The notes: generated by a model not told the origin, from the sequence alone. A stretch of 64,000 nt of DNA from Rhodosorus marinus CCMP1338 (GCA_029953675.1 JAMWBK010000001.1:3742664-3806663), one strand, 5' to 3'; numbered from the stretch's first letter, positions 23,464 through 36,800 are shown. Translations and numbers: made by a program.

Positions 23464-24240
23464 CTACTGCTGCTCCTCTTTTAACTCCTGTAGCTTCGGG
23501 GGTGCGGACTTGGACACTGTCGGGTCCCTATCAGGGTTGTTCCAGCAGATCCTTTGTATATGCCCCTTTTTTCCGCAGTAGTTGCAAACAATGTTGGTGT
23601 AGTTACGCTTCTGCAGCGCTTGCGTTCCGGGTTGGTAAATGCGTCCAGACCTGGTTCCCCTGCTTACAGTGGTCTGGGGCGTTGCCATTTTTTGGGGAAA
23701 TTTCTCTTCCCATCTGGAAGGTTGGCTGGCTGCCTCAGCTCCCTCAATTTTTAGGGCAAGTGCCTGTGCCGCCTCAAAATCCTGCACGTCCTGTATGTAG
23801 ATGTATTTCTTGACCTCGGGTTTAAGGCCTTCGACGAAGCGGTCGAATTTCTCTGAATCCGAAATCTCTCCCACCTGGATCAGGCATGTGTTGAAGTATG
23901 CCGTATACGCTGCGACCGTCGTCTTCTGCTGCGCCTTTGCAAGTTGCTGTTTCGCGCGGATCTTGGCGTCTGCCGGGTAGAACTGGGCTTTGAGCGTACA
24001 TTCGAAGCCCTCGTAGGTCGTTGGTTTCCGGTCGTCCGGAATCAGTGACCACCAGTATGAGGCGTCGCCAGTCAAATAACCTTCTGCTAGGGTGATTCGG
24101 TATTCGTCGTCGTCGACGGGTAGCCGCGCCAGTTTGAAGTATGTTCTTAGTTGATTCAAGAACGTACTTATGACTAGGGCGTCACGTCGCCCGTCATAGG
24201 CTTTCGGCTGCGGAGCCTGCATCTTGATGAGTGATGCCAT
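23464..24240 (-). CDS. gag: Ty3/gypsy Gag with CCHC zinc knuckle
   Basis: Retrotransposon gag-like core (YLTGDASYWW..F..F..GLK) and CNYCGKKGHIQRIC. Confidence 0.9.
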   Translation of the reverse strand: MASLIKMQAPQPKAYDGRRDALVISTFLNQLRTYFKLARLPVDDDEYRITLAEGYLTGDASYWWSLIPDDRKPTTYEGFECTLKAQFYPADAKIRAKQQLAKAQQKTTVAAYTAYFNTCLIQVGEISDSEKFDRFVEGLKPEVKKYIYIQDVQDFEAAQALALKIEGAEAASQPSRWEEKFPQKMATPQTTVSRGTRSGRIYQPGTQALQKRNYTNIVCNYCGKKGHIQRICWNNPDRDPTVSKSAPPKLQELKEEQQ

Positions 24241-24297
24241 CTGCGGGTTGTCAGGTTGTCAGGTTGTCAGGTTTTGGGCTCCCTTCTGCTGCTCCTT

Positions 24298-24309
24298 GCG
24301 ATGAGACCA
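24298..24309 (-). promoter_or_regulatory. Primer-binding site TGGTCTCATCGC
   Basis: Lies 3 nt after the LTR end (..TATCA) and about 60 nt before the gag ATG. An almost identical motif follows the 5' LTR of the second element. Confidence 0.65.
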
Positions 24310-24312
24310 AAT

Positions 24313-24575
24313 TGATACGTTCTTCGTTAGCGCGTGTCGGTGATCCAAAATACTTTTAAATTCCCTTTTGTTTTTATCTTTTTTCTATCTTGGATACCTC
24401 CCTCTACTCTAATCTTAAGGAGGAAGGTCGTAACTTCCGTATTTATAGCCTTCGGGTTCATGACTTGGGTATGTTAGACTACTATTATTAGCCCTGTCCG
24501 TACAATATCTTGCCCACTGGGCGCATCATAGACTTACTATATTTTGTACCCATGGTGGTTATTTTTAGCTCACCA
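24313..24575 (-). repeat. 5' LTR of Ty3/gypsy element 1
   Basis: TG..CA termini on the minus strand, TATAAATA at 24440-24447, followed by the PBS. No partner LTR is present in the window. Confidence 0.6.
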
Positions 24576-24578
24576 ATA

Positions 24579-24929
24579 TGTTAGCCAGATGTCATGTCAG
24601 GACGTCACAAAAACTGTCTTGCGAGGGACAGACTGTCTTGACAAGCACAAACTTGTGAGAACCTTCCCTGACAGCTGTGTAATCCGCCTATGTTTTAGTG
24701 TTAGGCACCTATTTTAGTGTAAGACATCAATGTTTTAGTATCCACTGCTTTCTACTTTACTGTCAGGTATGTTTTAGTTTACAGTAACCGAGACTATATA
24801 TATATATGTAGGGCCTAGCTTTGCTTAGATCTTGAGACCTAGAATTGAGTAAAGACAAGCTGGTTCGAAGAGTTCTGACAAAACTGTGTTGACGAGGACG
24901 GTGACGAGTGGAAGACGTAGCACCCAACA
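24579..24929. repeat. Possible solo LTR of another family
   Basis: TGTT..AACA termini and an internal TA run. The same start TGTTAGCCAG follows a purine tract at about 34169. Confidence 0.35.
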
Positions 24930-25679
24930 GAATGCCCATCAATCTTCCACTGACATATGAAGTTTCAACAAGTCCAGCGTCCTTCGCTTAAGCCCGTTCG
25001 TGAGGCAAACCGACAAGTTCACCGACAAGTTCACCGACAAGTTCGCCGACAGATCGAATGTGTTGCATGGTGATGACTTCGGCTTGGACGAGATGGAGGC
25101 AGTCTATATACCTCACGTGCATGTGAGGTCCACGCTTAATGGAGGTTTTTCGCTGGACCCACAACAGAGCTGCTTGATTGGCTACATTCGGTGTGGTAGG
25201 TGAAACCCGGGCATATGTGCAGACCGCAGACTATGGTGCAGAGCCATATGATGTCTCTTAAGGCTTCATGAAGAGCCAGAAACTCAGCCACACGGGTTGA
25301 AGTTGCGTTCAGTCTGGCGCTGCATTGCTGGACAGCTTTGGAGGTCGGTCTGGGAGTGGACGTGCTCGAAGTCGCATACGCAGATGAGGTACTGTACTTG
25401 AAAGCATTAAGGGTTGACTACCAATCAACTAGGCTCCAGTTCGAAAAGATGTACTTCTCTGTCAGGTACCGAGCAGGAGCATGTCGCACGTGTCTACGGA
25501 GGAGTACATGTGCAGCTTCCGTTAGATTCATCAAAAGCGGTAACCTAGTCATGGAGTGGAAGGGAAAACACAGCGGGGCGATCGATCATGTCAATAGCAG
25601 CTAAGAAGAACAAATGCAGCTGCTCAAAATGGAATTGGAATATTGAGGAAGTCTTGCGGGCTATGGAAACGCGACAACG

Positions 25680-27435
25680 TACCAGCATTTGGGCAGGACA
25701 AATTGGCCATTCAGATTGGAGGACGCAGATATTGTTCTCGTCAATGCATTTTTCTTCCTCATCTAGGCAACAAACGCAGACTTCATTATCCGCTGAGGTT
25801 CTGGACACGAAGCCAGTCTAGAGGACGGGTTTACGTCAACCGACAGGTCATAAACCCACCCACCCCAACAGATAAGGTGAAGAAAGTAGAGAAACGCGTG
25901 TCAGAGACTTTTTGTCACCTGTAGTGACCAGTTTTCCACTCTAGTGCTTACACCGCACGTAGTGTTACGAGGGACGCACTCGAAGCCGCCGGGTGAGTTT
26001 CGGCATGTGTCTGGCGCGCACTCCGGCCGACAAATGCAGTCTCCATTAAACTCTGACCTGAGAGGAATCTGCCATCGAGAATCCGGGAGATAGCAGAGCC
26101 ACACCGACACATTCAGCTCCTTGGCCGATCACGATCATTTTTGGGTCACAGCGTTCGATCAATACTCACCGCCCCGGGATTGCATGCTACCTCGCTCAGA
26201 AACAAGCACTCGCCGGTCGCTTCTCTGCTGCACGTAAGCTCATCGCTACAAGCGCATTTGCAGATTTTGTCTGAATCATCGATATCAGGAACCTGATTTT
26301 GGTCGGTCGAATTGGTTAGACGAAAGATGTTAAGAACATGGGGGGGGGGAGGCTCTTCGTAGCTAGATGAAGATGTAGTCAAAGGACTCGATTCTCAAGC
26401 ACGGGTGGACTAATCCCCAAGGGAACTGACACGAAGGGAATTGACTGTTGAAAATATCCACTCTACGCTCACCTCGGCACCTTCACATTCAAAAAAGTCT
26501 CCGAATTCGAAAGGGGAAATGCACCGATTCCCTTCAAAAATGCATGTACCCTCGCCCCCACAACAAGAGCAGAAGTTATCTGAAAGTGAGTCGGGATATG
26601 CTACCTGTACGAAGTTGTTGGAAAGCAAAATAAGTCAGCTGATACTCCATGTTCACTGTAGTCATCAATGAACCTTCCGCTGCGAAGAAAGTGCCGTTCG
26701 GATCACATCGAGTGCAGGCAGAACCAGGGGAATGAAGGACAACCAAGCACATGCGATTCATTGCAACTTACTGGGAACCCCGCCATGCATTCAAAAGTAT
26801 TAGTTGGAATACAAACTCCGCCCAATATGCGGCACTCGTTCTCTGAGCATTCCGGGCAGGAAATTTCAACGTCACAAGAAGTAGTGTCGTCGCTGTCCCG
26901 CGTCGTGCATTTATTGTCATCCTCCTCAGGGCTCAGAAAGGCTCGAATTATTTTTGCGTCAGGATCGCCTATGGGAGTAACTACTGCGTACGCGACTAAC
27001 CCGATGGTTTCTCCGCAGCATTCGCTCTCTCCGGTCATTTCATCCGGGCATACAAGAAGTCTCGCTACGGTGACTACGTCCGTGATGTTGTTCTTCTCCT
27101 TCCACCCATCGATGTTTCTGCGGGAGGTAAATCGAGCCTGCTCGGTGGGGGGGCTCGTTGAAATGTGCTCCCGCTCTGAGCAGGTTCAACTGGAATCCAT
27201 CATCAGCCCTGAACTTGGCTCTGATACAGCTCGGATTAAACCCGGGTTCGTTCCTCGGACTTGTCTTGGTGTCCACGCATAATTCGCCGAATCGGTCCCC
27301 GGTGTTGTCTAGCAGAGGCCTACAGAACTCTGAAAACTCGAGCGCTCCAGCTTTTGTGTCATCCAAACAAGTCTGAGATTGAGCGAGACCAAGAACCACC
27401 ACGAACACGAACAGCACGAAGTCGTAGGATCCCAT
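25680..27435 (-). CDS. Multi-exon Cys-rich secreted protein (exon structure approximate)
   Basis: Signal peptide MGSYDFVLFVFVVVLGLAQS, successive Cys-rich ORFs in different frames, and candidate introns of about 50 nt such as GT..GCTGAC..AG at 26656-26605. Confidence 0.6.
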
Positions 27436-28488
27436 TACTTCTTTTTACTCTCTAAACGCTCTAGTGACAATGTTTTCCTCATCTCTCTCGTCCAAGCCTG
27501 CCTTGCTTGTCTCCCCTACCAACTCGACCTAGAGCTTTGCCGACAAGTTTTTCTTGTGTGAGATTCTTATGTCCAATCTCTGGTTCAAGGGAGAATCATA
27601 TATATACCCAAACGCTAGTGTTCACTTTCTTTTACTTGAGTTGTTTTCTTCCAAATCAATAAGGAGGGCACACCAGAGCGGTGGCCAAGAATGCATCGTT
27701 GTGATGTGGGGTAGCCTCCAACACCCGCCACACCCCTGCACACCCAAAAGGTTCACCCTGACATTTAGCAAACGAGCGTAGATTTCATAGCGATAATGGA
27801 CAGATTAGCCCAACTGATGATCAAGTTGCGCAACAGTGCAAAGGCTGGACCCCCCCCACCCTTTTCACGTCCTCAATCTGGACGGGTTGCCACACCGTGG
27901 ACAGTTGAAGTTTGATGTGGAAATTCTTCCCTAACGAAGATAAACAGTGCGATGGCTAGGCTCGTAGGATATTGAATCAGTTGGTTGCAAACCATCTCTA
28001 CTGGACTTTGCTAGCCTGAAGCGCCTCTACTAGCCTGTATTTTTTGTTGATAGCATATGACAGCCTGTCACCCGGTTCTTTCCCCCCCCAAAAAGCTTGA
28101 GGATAGACTATTAAAAACATTAAAAGCCATTACTTATTATTATTTCAGTTCGATTGAGAGAATCATATACTCCATTAAATAAACGAATTCATAATATTTT
28201 ATATTAATTACCGAAATAATGACCCGTATAGTTTAAATATTTATTTTAGACAGTTTTCTGTTGTTATGAATTGTAATAGATTAGTCGATTTCTGCGAGAA
28301 GATTTTTTTTCTCGAACCGCTGGAGTTCGCCAAATCTCCGGTGCTTTTGTTCTCCCCAGAGTGGAAGAACAGGGGAGGGTTTAAGATCATTACGTTATTC
28401 CCATATTGAATGAATTTCTAGTGGTTTCTGGTTCTCCCCTCAGCGGAATTTGTTGTTAGGACCCAAGTTGCTATAAAGACCTCCCCTG

Positions 28489-28715
28489 TGGCGAGCCAAT
28501 CAAAGGTGAATAAGGAATCTGTCGACGCGTTAGGGAACTCTCCCAGGGGGTTTGGTAGTTCCGTTCTACCCTTGGCACTATCGTGATTGCACTAATTCCT
28601 AACGAACTCCCTAGTGGCGAGCCAATCAAAGGTGAATGAGAATCTATCGATGCGTTTTGGAACCCTCCCAGGGAGTTAGTTTGGTGGTTTCGTTCTACCC
28701 TTGGTACTATCGTGA
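28489..28715. repeat. Diverged tandem duplication, period about 126 bp
   Basis: GTGGCGAGCCAATCAAAGGTGAAT..GTTCTACCCTTGG.ACTATCGTGA occurs twice. Confidence 0.8.
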
Positions 28716-29117
28716 AGTTGAAGCAGAAGCAGGCATTGTCTATGCCGGTATTGTCAATGCAGTGGAAGGAGTTGTCCAAAAACCCCTCGGGTTTTTGGAC
28801 TCCCACAGGGAGGCGTACCCCATAGAAATACGAGTGCCAAAAAGTGTCAAAAAGTGTAAAAGGTGCAAAAAGTGTAGAAAGTGTAAAAAAGTGTAAAAGG
28901 TGCAAACATTATAAACTGAGCAAAATGCTTTAAGAAAAGCTCAGAAACCACTCGTCTGTAGCAGGTTCAGCGCGAGAGTCTGAGGACAATGACCTACACG
29001 AACTACATGAGGTCTCGCGCTCTTGGGAACCCCTGAATATCTTATCTATTCTGAACAGGGTTTTGGAGTGTTTTTGGGATAATGTCTGTACATAAATGGA
29101 TGATTCTAGGGTCAGTC

Positions 29118-29388
29118 TGAAGGAACCAAGTGACAGCCTGTCTCCAAATGAAGAACCTTAACTGATTAGATTTAGGAAACGTTTTGGCATTTGCTCAGCC
29201 GATGAAAAGGGTAGAAAAATACCGTAGATACGACTTCTATATTGGTTTAGAGGGAGAGCTGAAGGACACAACACGGTTCAATGGGGAATAGATTTAACGC
29301 TTGTAGTCTAGAGCTAGACTAATTAATGGAACGAGCTTTATTCCTTTGAGAAAAGAAAGTGTGGTGGTATTTGGACCTAGGGTCCAAT
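29118..29388 (+). repeat. 5' LTR of element 2
   Basis: Colinear with 33516-33785 but clearly diverged, with indels. Confidence 0.75.
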
Positions 29389-32300
29389 AGTTTGGTCTCA
29401 TAGCGAGTGTAGCGATTGCTGAGTGCCCTGTTTGGAAAAGAGCAATGGAGCAGAACCCCGCGCTCACTCAGGTTCTTCTGGCGATTGGACGAGTCCTAGA
29501 CAGGTAAGAACAGGCGGCGACGAATGACCCGGGCCTTTCTATCACGACAAGACCGGTCGAGACCCTTGCTGAAACTTTACCCTGAGTTCACTGGTGAAGG
29601 GACAGGGAACGTTGAGGACTACATTGCTGAATTCAACCATGTCATCAAAGCCTACAAAGTTCCCGAGGCAAGGGAGCTTCAAGAGTCCACCCGTGGGCTG
29701 ACAAGGTGAGCAGCTGCTTGGTTCTCTCGTCTGGAAGACGATAGGAAGAACGACTGGCATACCCTGCAAATCGCATTCAGGGAAAAGTATGCCGCCCAAA
29801 CCGTACGTGAGCGTTAGCAAATAGGATAACTAGTATGGAGTCTCGCGAGGGGCGAACGATCCGCGAATATGTAAATACGTTTGAACGAACCCTCGATGAA
29901 CTTCTTAAGTATGTTCTGGATTGCATTAAAATCTGACATGCAATCCCAGATGTTATGATAGTGGCGATCTTCTTGAAAGGGCTGACACCACCCGCCCAAG
30001 TCTACGTAGCGTCGACTAGACCTGCTACTATCGAAGACACAATATACGCGGCCCTGACAATTCCTGACGAAAAATTCCTAGGAAAATTCCAGGAAAGTTG
30101 GAGGACCAAGCCACGAAGCTCGAAGCACCGTTCAGCAACAACCAGATTCACCGAGATTCCCGCATCTGGTGATACAGAACGGTGAGGAGCCAGACCAGAA
30201 TGAGGTTCCCGAAATCAAACAGTAGTAAGAGATCGACCGTGGCAACAGTGCGGGCCAGCTCTTCCGAACATGTGGAAGACGCCGCCATTGCACAAGTGAT
30301 TTCGGAGTACGAGACGTACTCGCAAGGCCTTCAAGACAGTGCAATCCGACAGCTTCGACTACATGCACGAATAGCAGGACAACAGGTGGAAGCCCTGGTC
30401 GACGCAGGAGCAATGGTCAATCTCCTCGACCCCACTGTACAGCAAGAAGCGGGGTTGAACGAGGAAACCAAGCGGAAGAGATTATCGTCCGTATTCGGGG
30501 ACGACCGCGAAGTTTCCGTGGTAAACGCTGTGAAGATCGAATGCCACCCGAAGTGGGCGAGCACGACGTGTTTCCACATTACGCCACTGGGTGGGGCGAG
30601 GGCGATCTTGGGATTGCCGTGGCTAACAGCGAACCAGGCGGTGGTACATGCAGCACCACGAATGGAAAGCGTCTACACCCCGGACGTAGGTGATCTAGTC
30701 CTACGCTGCAACAACGGGGTGAAAAACGTGGAGGACTACGCACAAGTCGCACTAGTTGGGCGAAAATAGCTCACGAAGAAGACGACTCCCTGGCATTCTT
30801 CAGGTACGAAACTGGATCAGGAAATGCGTGAAGCGTATCCAGATGTCATCCAAAAAATTGGTGGGGTTGCCACCGCGAAGGGAGGTAGAAGCCGAGCTAG
30901 GCACGGGAGATGCTGAGCCAGTGTTTCGGAGTCCATATAGACTCTCTGGCTCGAGAGGAAAGAACTATCAAGCCAGCTGGATGAGCTACTTCGGCTTGGT
31001 TTCATCCAACCATTGGAGAGCTCGGTGGCGCACCTGTTTTCTTCGTGAAGAAGAAAACCGGGGAACTCCGGCTGTGCGTGGACTGCCGAGGACTGAACCG
31101 GGTTACCAAGCGATTAAGCTATCCGTTACCGAGAATTGACGACCTAGTCGACCAATTAGGAGAGGGCGGAGTCTTCTCCAAGCTCAACCTACGAAGTGGC
31201 TACCACCAGCTGAGTATATCGGAAAAGGAATGTGCCGAAGACGGCTTTCGTCTCGGAGTTCGGACACTTTGAGTGCAGGGTGGCACCATTTGGACTGACA
31301 TCTCTACCCGCTTACTTCAGTAAGCTGCTGACAGAGATACTCCGGAAGTGGATGGGAAAGTATGTCGTAGTCTATTTAGATGACATACTGATAAATTCGC
31401 CAGATGAAGAAAGTCGTCGACATGACGTTCGTAACGTGATGAGCGGACTACAGAGGGCAATGCTCATTGTGCACCCAGAGAAATCGTCTTTTGGGATGAC
31501 GGAGGTGGAATATCTAGGCTTCAAGATCTCAGAAGGCACCATCTGCATCGACAACGCCAAGGTAGCTGCCGTGAGGAAACTCAAACTTCCGAGTACGATA
31601 AAAGGGGTAAGGTCCATTATGGGGTTGATCGCTTACTTTCGTCGCTTTATCCGCGATTTCTCAAGTATAGCAGCACCGTTAACGGACCTCCTGAAACAAG
31701 GACGCCCCTTCTTGATGACGCCGACGCCGTATCAGCCTTCCAGAACCTGAGGATGCTAGTGACGTCGGGACCGGTGCTAGCCTACCGCACCTAGACGGTC
31801 AAAACTATGAAGTGACTACGGACGCGTCAGGCATAGGCATTGGCTGTATGCTAACCCAACCAGGCGATAGTGTTCGAATCGAGCAAACTCACTGGAGCAG
31901 AGCGGAGATACAGTACCCACGAACGAGAAATGTTTGCGGTGGTATGCCGTGTTGAAAGGTGGCGACACTACGTCGGGGGGACTAAATTCGCCACCTTCGT
32001 AGACAACAGCGTTCTCACCTATCTCCAGACGATGTGCAACCCGTGGAGGAGGATGACGCGGTACTTCGAGAAAACAGCCAAGTTTGACTATGAAATCAAA
32101 CACTTACCCGGCCGAATGAACTTCGTAGCAGATGCCCTATCGAGACAAGATATGGGAGAAGATCTCGAGGTGGGCAGTAGTCACGACGGAGTGTTGGTTG
32201 AAGGATTATGCTAGCCAAAGACAAGAATTCAACAAGTTGCCTGAGGCAGAGAATAGATTGGTCCAAGAGGAAATGGAAGGAGTCGTCCCGGACGAAGCAA

Positions 32301-33515
32301 CCGGAATCCTGTATTGGGAAGCTGAGGGAATACGTACCCACTGGCTAGCGCCGGAGGATCACAACGATCTACTGGCGGACGCCCATAAAGCACTAGGACA
32401 TCGGTCCGCCCGCGCGCTATACGAACAGCTGAGGTCCCGATGTTACTGGAGAACCTTGAGGAAAGAGGCGGGAAGCAGTCCGAAAGTGTGCGGGTGATCA
32501 ACTGCACCAGATACCGGCTCCCCAAAGGAGGTTGGCGCCAAAACACCCACTGCCGACGGAGGCCTTGTTTTTTAGGTGGCATATCGACTTCATATGGCGA
32601 TTGCCGACGACGCCACGAGGGAACAGATGGATTCCCATAGCTGTGGAAAGCCTCAGTCGCTGGAGCCTAGTGAGGGTATTGTCTGAGGCAACCAAAGAGA
32701 ACGTCGCGAAGTTCATTTATGAGGAAATAGTCTCAACGTATGGAGCCCCGGTCCAGATAATGTCAGATCGTGGAGCTCAGTTCCGATCGGCGGTACTGGC
32801 GGAATACCTGAAGTTGTTGCCAACCAAGCAAGTATTCACGTCCGCCTATCACCCACGGACTAACGCGACAGCCGAACGCTGGAATCGTACTTTCCAGGAA
32901 ATCCTGGCGCAGTACACAGGAGGCATGGTTCGTAGGTGGGACCAGTTCGTTCCCCAAGCGAATGCTGCTATGCGTCTGACAGTCAATCGTAGCACAGCAA
33001 AGACCCCTTTCGAACTACTCTACGGAATTCCTGCGCGGATACCGGGTATAGATCACGCACCTCTTCTGTTCGATGCGAGCGAAGAGAATACGGCGGTTCG
33101 AGCTCGAGTTGAGGAGTTAACGGGCCCAGGGCGTATACGCGAGGCGGAAAACCTCAGCGTAGAGGATGCGAAGACACAAAACGCCAGTACTATAATGCGC
33201 TGGTTACCCTGACCCGTTAGTAGTTGGTACCTGGGTGCTGGTGAGAACGAAACGAAAACGATGGGTCAGTCCCGATTTTTCGGACCCTTTAAGGTGACCG
33301 AGGTGATGATCTTCGACACTTACAGACTGGAACATCCAAAAGGCAAGCGAGAGCCTACCCTTGTTCACCGAGACCGACTACGCCGAGAACTACGGAGGGC
33401 GATGTTGCGAAGTGGTGGACCCCGCCTGCACGCCGAGAGTTAGCAGAATTAGTGGGCGATGAACTCAAGGATTCACCGACTACACAGGGCCAGTAAGTGG
33501 GAGAACAGGGGGGTA

Positions 33516-33785
33516 TGAAAGAACCAAGTGACAGCCTGTATCTAAATGAAGAACTTTCTAGAAGCTAAACTGATTAGATTTAGCATTTGCTGGGCCGGAG
33601 AAACTGGTCGATAAATACCGTAGATACGACTTATTTATTGGTTAGAGAAAGAGAAGAGAGGACACAACAAGGTTAAATGGGGAATAGATTTAACAAGTGT
33701 CGTCTAGAGCTAGACTAATTAAAGGAAGGAAGTTCATTCCTTTGAGAAAAGAAAGTGTTGTGATATTGGGCATGGGGCCAAATAA
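33516..33785 (+). repeat. 3' LTR of element 2
   Basis: Starts with TG directly after the polypurine tract; homologous to 29118-29388. Confidence 0.75.
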
Positions 33786-34530
33786 GTCGACCTTAGATGC
33801 AGTGATAAAAAGCCTAGAAAAAGAGCAAAAGAGTGTTGCATGTGATAAAAAGTGATAGAAAGCGACAAAAAGCGATAAAAATGGATAAAAATGTAAAATT
33901 CTGAATCGGATACAACACAAAATTGGAGTCCCCGCCCCTTGCAAAAACCTCTATTGATATCTTTCCGAGATCTCCACTCGCTTACTCCCCCCTGAACTAC
34001 CCCTTTCAGCTCCCGAATTCTCATCAGAATTGTCGATCAGTTTTCTACTCATTCGATTCAATCAGGTTTTTTGTTCTTATGGAAACTATTCGGTTCCCTG
34101 GTAACACGCGCAACAAGGTAACGAGAAAACATTTGTTTTTCAATACGAGGAGAACAGGGGAGAATTGAATGTTAGCCAGAATGCGACTGATGTGTACTTA
34201 TCAAATGCTCACCTGATGCTGCACGTATTTGACCGACTTCTCGTACAGAGGGGGGGGGAAGGGTCTTCCCGCGAGCGAGCTCGCTGCTGTGTCTTTGGGG
34301 CCGTATTTGCCCTGAGTAGCTTACGACCGTCCCAGGCTTTCCCCACTCACGCCGACGGATTTTTGAGATATGTACTTGTCTTTGACGCACTTGTACCTGG
34401 TGTACAATAGCCGGCTTGCCCTATAGCGCAGGGTTCGCCATACCTTTTGTGCCAAGCGTAAAAACCTGCTCAGAGTAGAAAAGATATTCAGGGGTTTTCA
34501 AAGCGTGGGAACTTCTTGTAGTTGAAATAA

Positions 34531-35630
34531 TTTGTTTAGTCGGAGACTGAAAGAAACAACCCTGAGGGGAAAACATAGACTATATGCGGCGAAGGTCGCG
34601 CGTCTCCGACATCGACGAATGGTTTAATCGGAGGCTGAAAGAAAAAACCCCGAGGGGAAAAAAAGACTAAGTGCGGCGAAGAACTCGCGCCTCCAACATC
34701 AAAGCGGCATTCATGCGCCACAGCAGGAAACTTAAGCGGGGAAACAACGATTGACGACGGTCAGGGCGTTCGCGGAACAACTCCCGAAGCCAGCGAGAAC
34801 CAACAGAGTCCATGAACCCAAAGCACTCAATGATCAGGGGTACCAAGCGATGTGCTAGTGCCGAAGCACGAACACCAGGGGAAGACAAAGCCCCCGCGTA
34901 TTTGATCTCTTTGCGGCGTCTCATACTGGCGGCGGCAGATCCACGGCGCACCACCACCACCACCAAAGCATGCGTTTATATGCCACAGCAAGAAACTTAA
35001 ACGGGGTAAACAACGAGAACAGACGGTCACCGAACAATTCCCGAAACCAACGAGAACCAACGGAATCCATAAACCCAAAGCACTCAATTACCAGAGGTCC
35101 AGGCGATAAGCTAGAGCCGAAGGACGAATGCATGGCGAAGAGAAAGCCCCCGCATATCTCAACTCAGAGGGGAAAAAAAGACTAAGAGCGCGAAGATCGC
35201 GCCCTTCCAACATCAAAGCATCGTTCATACGCCACAGCAAGAAACTTAAACGGGTAAACAACGAGGACAGATGGTCAGGGCGTTCGCGGAACAATTCCCG
35301 AAGCCAACGAGAACCAACGGAATCCATAAACCCAAAGCACTCATTGACCAGTGGTACCAGGCGATGAGCTAGAGCCGAAGGACGAATGCATTGGGAAGAC
35401 AAGGCCCCCGCATACTTCAACTCTTTGCGACGTCTCATACTGGCAGCGGCAAATCGACGGCGCTCTTCGCAGCCGGCAAATAACCACTAGCCTGAGGACT
35501 AGGAACAGCAAGATCAACGTACGTCCTACGACGGCTATCACCACGGGTGACCACGAGGTCAGCCACTCGGCGCTCATCATTTTGGTAGTCTGCGACAGGC
35601 CGGGGATGTTTGCGCAGGTCATTGTCCTCA
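34531..35630 (-). mobile_element. Stack of about four head-to-tail family B/B-like 3' fragments
   Basis: Repeated IIECFGFMDSVGSRW..FLLWRMN segments, with units starting near 34531, 34615, 34962 and 35161. Confidence 0.8.
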
Positions 35631-35829
35631 CACCCCAGCTCTCAACCCTCTATAAGCAGTGGTTTCTAAGCTTTTCTTAGAACACTTTGCTGAGTTCATC
35701 GAGTTTTACACTTTTTAACACTAATTTACGCATTGTTGTACACTCGTGTTGTTTTATGTGGTACCTCTCCAAGTGGGAATGCCGCCTCCTTGCTTTGTCC
35801 ACTCAGGATGAAGATACCACTGATTTTTT

Positions 35830-36800
35830 TTAGGCGCCCGCCTGCTTGCCGACTTGCCCTGCTGTGAATGTGCTGTGAAAAATGGCGCCCTGACTCGCAG
35901 ACATACGAGGATCCCCCGATGGGATGCCACAAAAGCCGCTGATGAGGGTCTCCTGTCGATTTTGGCACGTCTTCCACAGGGCAAGAGCCCAGGACCCAGT
36001 GCAATGCGCGCGGAACATCTCCAAGGCGCCAATCAACAGACGCAAGTGGCTTTGATCCGCGTACTGCGACAACTAGCGACAGCTCCCGAGGAGTTTCCCC
36101 CTCCGCTGGCGCGTTCCCCGCGTAGCAGCAGACTACTACCATTCGCGAAGCCACGGAAGGACTCGGCTCCCCAGGAAAACCCAGGCGTTCGGCCCATCGG
36201 CGTCCCTGAAGCTCTACGAAAAGTGGCGACTCAATGGACCCTTCGCGCGGTGATCGACAGGGTGCCACGCTCCTGGTGCCATTACAACTAGGGATCGGAG
36301 TCAGTGGCGGATGCGAACGCTCACGTCACGCGATCCAGGCCCATCTGTCATGTGAACTAGACGCGGTGGTGCTTAGGCTTGACCTCGAGAATGCATTCAA
36401 CAGGATTGATCGACGCCTCGCCAAGAAACTCGTGGACCACCACTTTCCGGAGCTTGCGGCGGTTTACAGACTTGGGTATGGAAGCGACGCAGTGGACTCG
36501 CCGACGCTTTGCGGCTGGCGCTCGGTACCTGGAGAGAACCAAACGGAACACTCACGACTGACGCTCCAAGCAGCTACGGGAGTACAACAGGGAGACCCTC
36601 TTGGGTAGGTGCTACATGCACTAGCACTCGCACCGTTCCTAAAAGTTCTACGAACAAATTTCTCCGATCTAACGATTGTCGCTATCCATGACGATATTAC
36701 GATCGTGGGACCACTGCAGGAACTGAAGCAAGCACTAGTCTGGAGCCGAACTATGCTCCCCCACAGGGCGACACTCACACGCCGTAAAAGCGCCAAGTAC
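35830..36800 (+). mobile_element. Family D-type RT fragment
   Basis: PGPSAMRAEHL, VRPIGVPE, LDLENAFN, GVQQGDPLG, AIHDD across frameshifted ORFs. Confidence 0.85.

Larger units (their letters stand above)
29118..33785 (+). mobile_element. Degenerate Ty3/gypsy element 2 with both LTRs
   Basis: Frameshifted gag (about 29450-30190), protease (LVDAGA), RT ([18 protein letters not shown]), RNase H and integrase (WHIDF, IMSDRG, SAYHPRTN). PBS at 29393-29404; polypurine tract at 33499-33513. Confidence 0.9.

Noticed and set aside
24579-24929. This TG..CA segment as the 5' LTR of element 1, with TGGTGAGC as its PBS
   Set aside because: 24313-24575 fits better: TATA box in the right orientation, a PBS shared with element 2, and a short distance to gag.
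25009-25050. 12-bp repeat ACCGACAAGTTC x3 as a functional element
   Set aside because: A short low-complexity duplication with no supporting context.
28840-28915. ORFs 28471..28905 and 28636..28896 as genes
   Set aside because: They arise from AAAAGTGT-like short repeats and a local duplication; similar repeats lie at 33800-33900. Probably non-coding retroelement-associated DNA.
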